In this document: positions 19,244 through 19,319 of the stretch, one piece after another
Numbering within the stretch: the first letter of the stretch is position 1
Layout of the letters: each line of letters starts with the position of its first letter
Source: a virus
DNA length: 19,319 nucleotides
Direction: 5' to 3' (one strand)
IMG/VR virus record: IMGVR_UViG_3300045988_171920
Position numbers and translations under genes: made by a program
The notes under the pieces: generated by a model
Database searches by the model: none
What the model was told of the DNA's origin: nothing
Seen by the model: the letters and a program-made list of their open reading frames with translations, nothing else

Positions 19244-19319
19244 GAAAATCTTCTGCCCTAGTTAAGATTAAATAACATGTAGTTATTGTAACCATGTGGG
19301 GAAGTTTTGTAAACAGGGA
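19244..19319. repeat. Right inverted terminal repeat (76 bp)
   Basis: Reverse complement of nt 1-76. The window ends exactly at the repeat boundary. Confidence 0.95.

Noticed and set aside
1-19319. Search for tRNA genes, CRISPR arrays, integrase/repressor lysogeny genes, transposases and IS ends
   Set aside because: I saw no cloverleaf-like GC-rich 70-90 nt segments and no regularly spaced direct-repeat array. No ORF showed tyrosine or serine recombinase or DDE motifs. The element looks like a strictly lytic phage. This was a scan by eye, so small RNAs could have been missed.

Overview
The window looks like a complete ~19.3 kb linear genome of a very AT-rich phi29-like podovirus that replicates by protein priming. 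Nt 1-76 and 19244-19319 are inverted terminal repeats with one mismatch. The host is probably a low-GC Firmicute; a Clostridium-like host is inference only. Two arms converge on a bidirectional terminator at 11812-11828. The + arm (640-11808) encodes SSB, scaffold, major capsid, a tail-knob/lysin pair, portal, lower collar, an SGNH-esterase tail fibre, a lysis cassette and a gp16-type packaging ATPase. This follows phi29 late-gene order. The - arm (19032-11834) encodes about 15 tiny early ORFs, a signal-peptide protein, terminal protein, a family-B DNA polymerase and a sigma-70-family factor. No integrase, tRNA or CRISPR array was seen. The main points of interest are:
- the phage sigma factor, together with a recurring promoter-like motif TGTnTAC-N16/17-(C/A)GTAT that I saw mainly on the late strand;
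- a strongly structured ~160 nt RNA upstream of the scaffold gene, which could be a leader or a pRNA-like RNA;
- an apparently split tail-knob gene whose N-terminal part is fused to two peptidoglycan hydrolase domains;
- tandem hydrophobic micro-ORFs near the left end;
- a duplicated early-promoter module carrying a palindromic operator-like site;
- a secreted-protein gene bracketed by 39-bp hairpin repeats.
All homology statements come from reading the translations and from memory of phi29 proteins. No searches were run.
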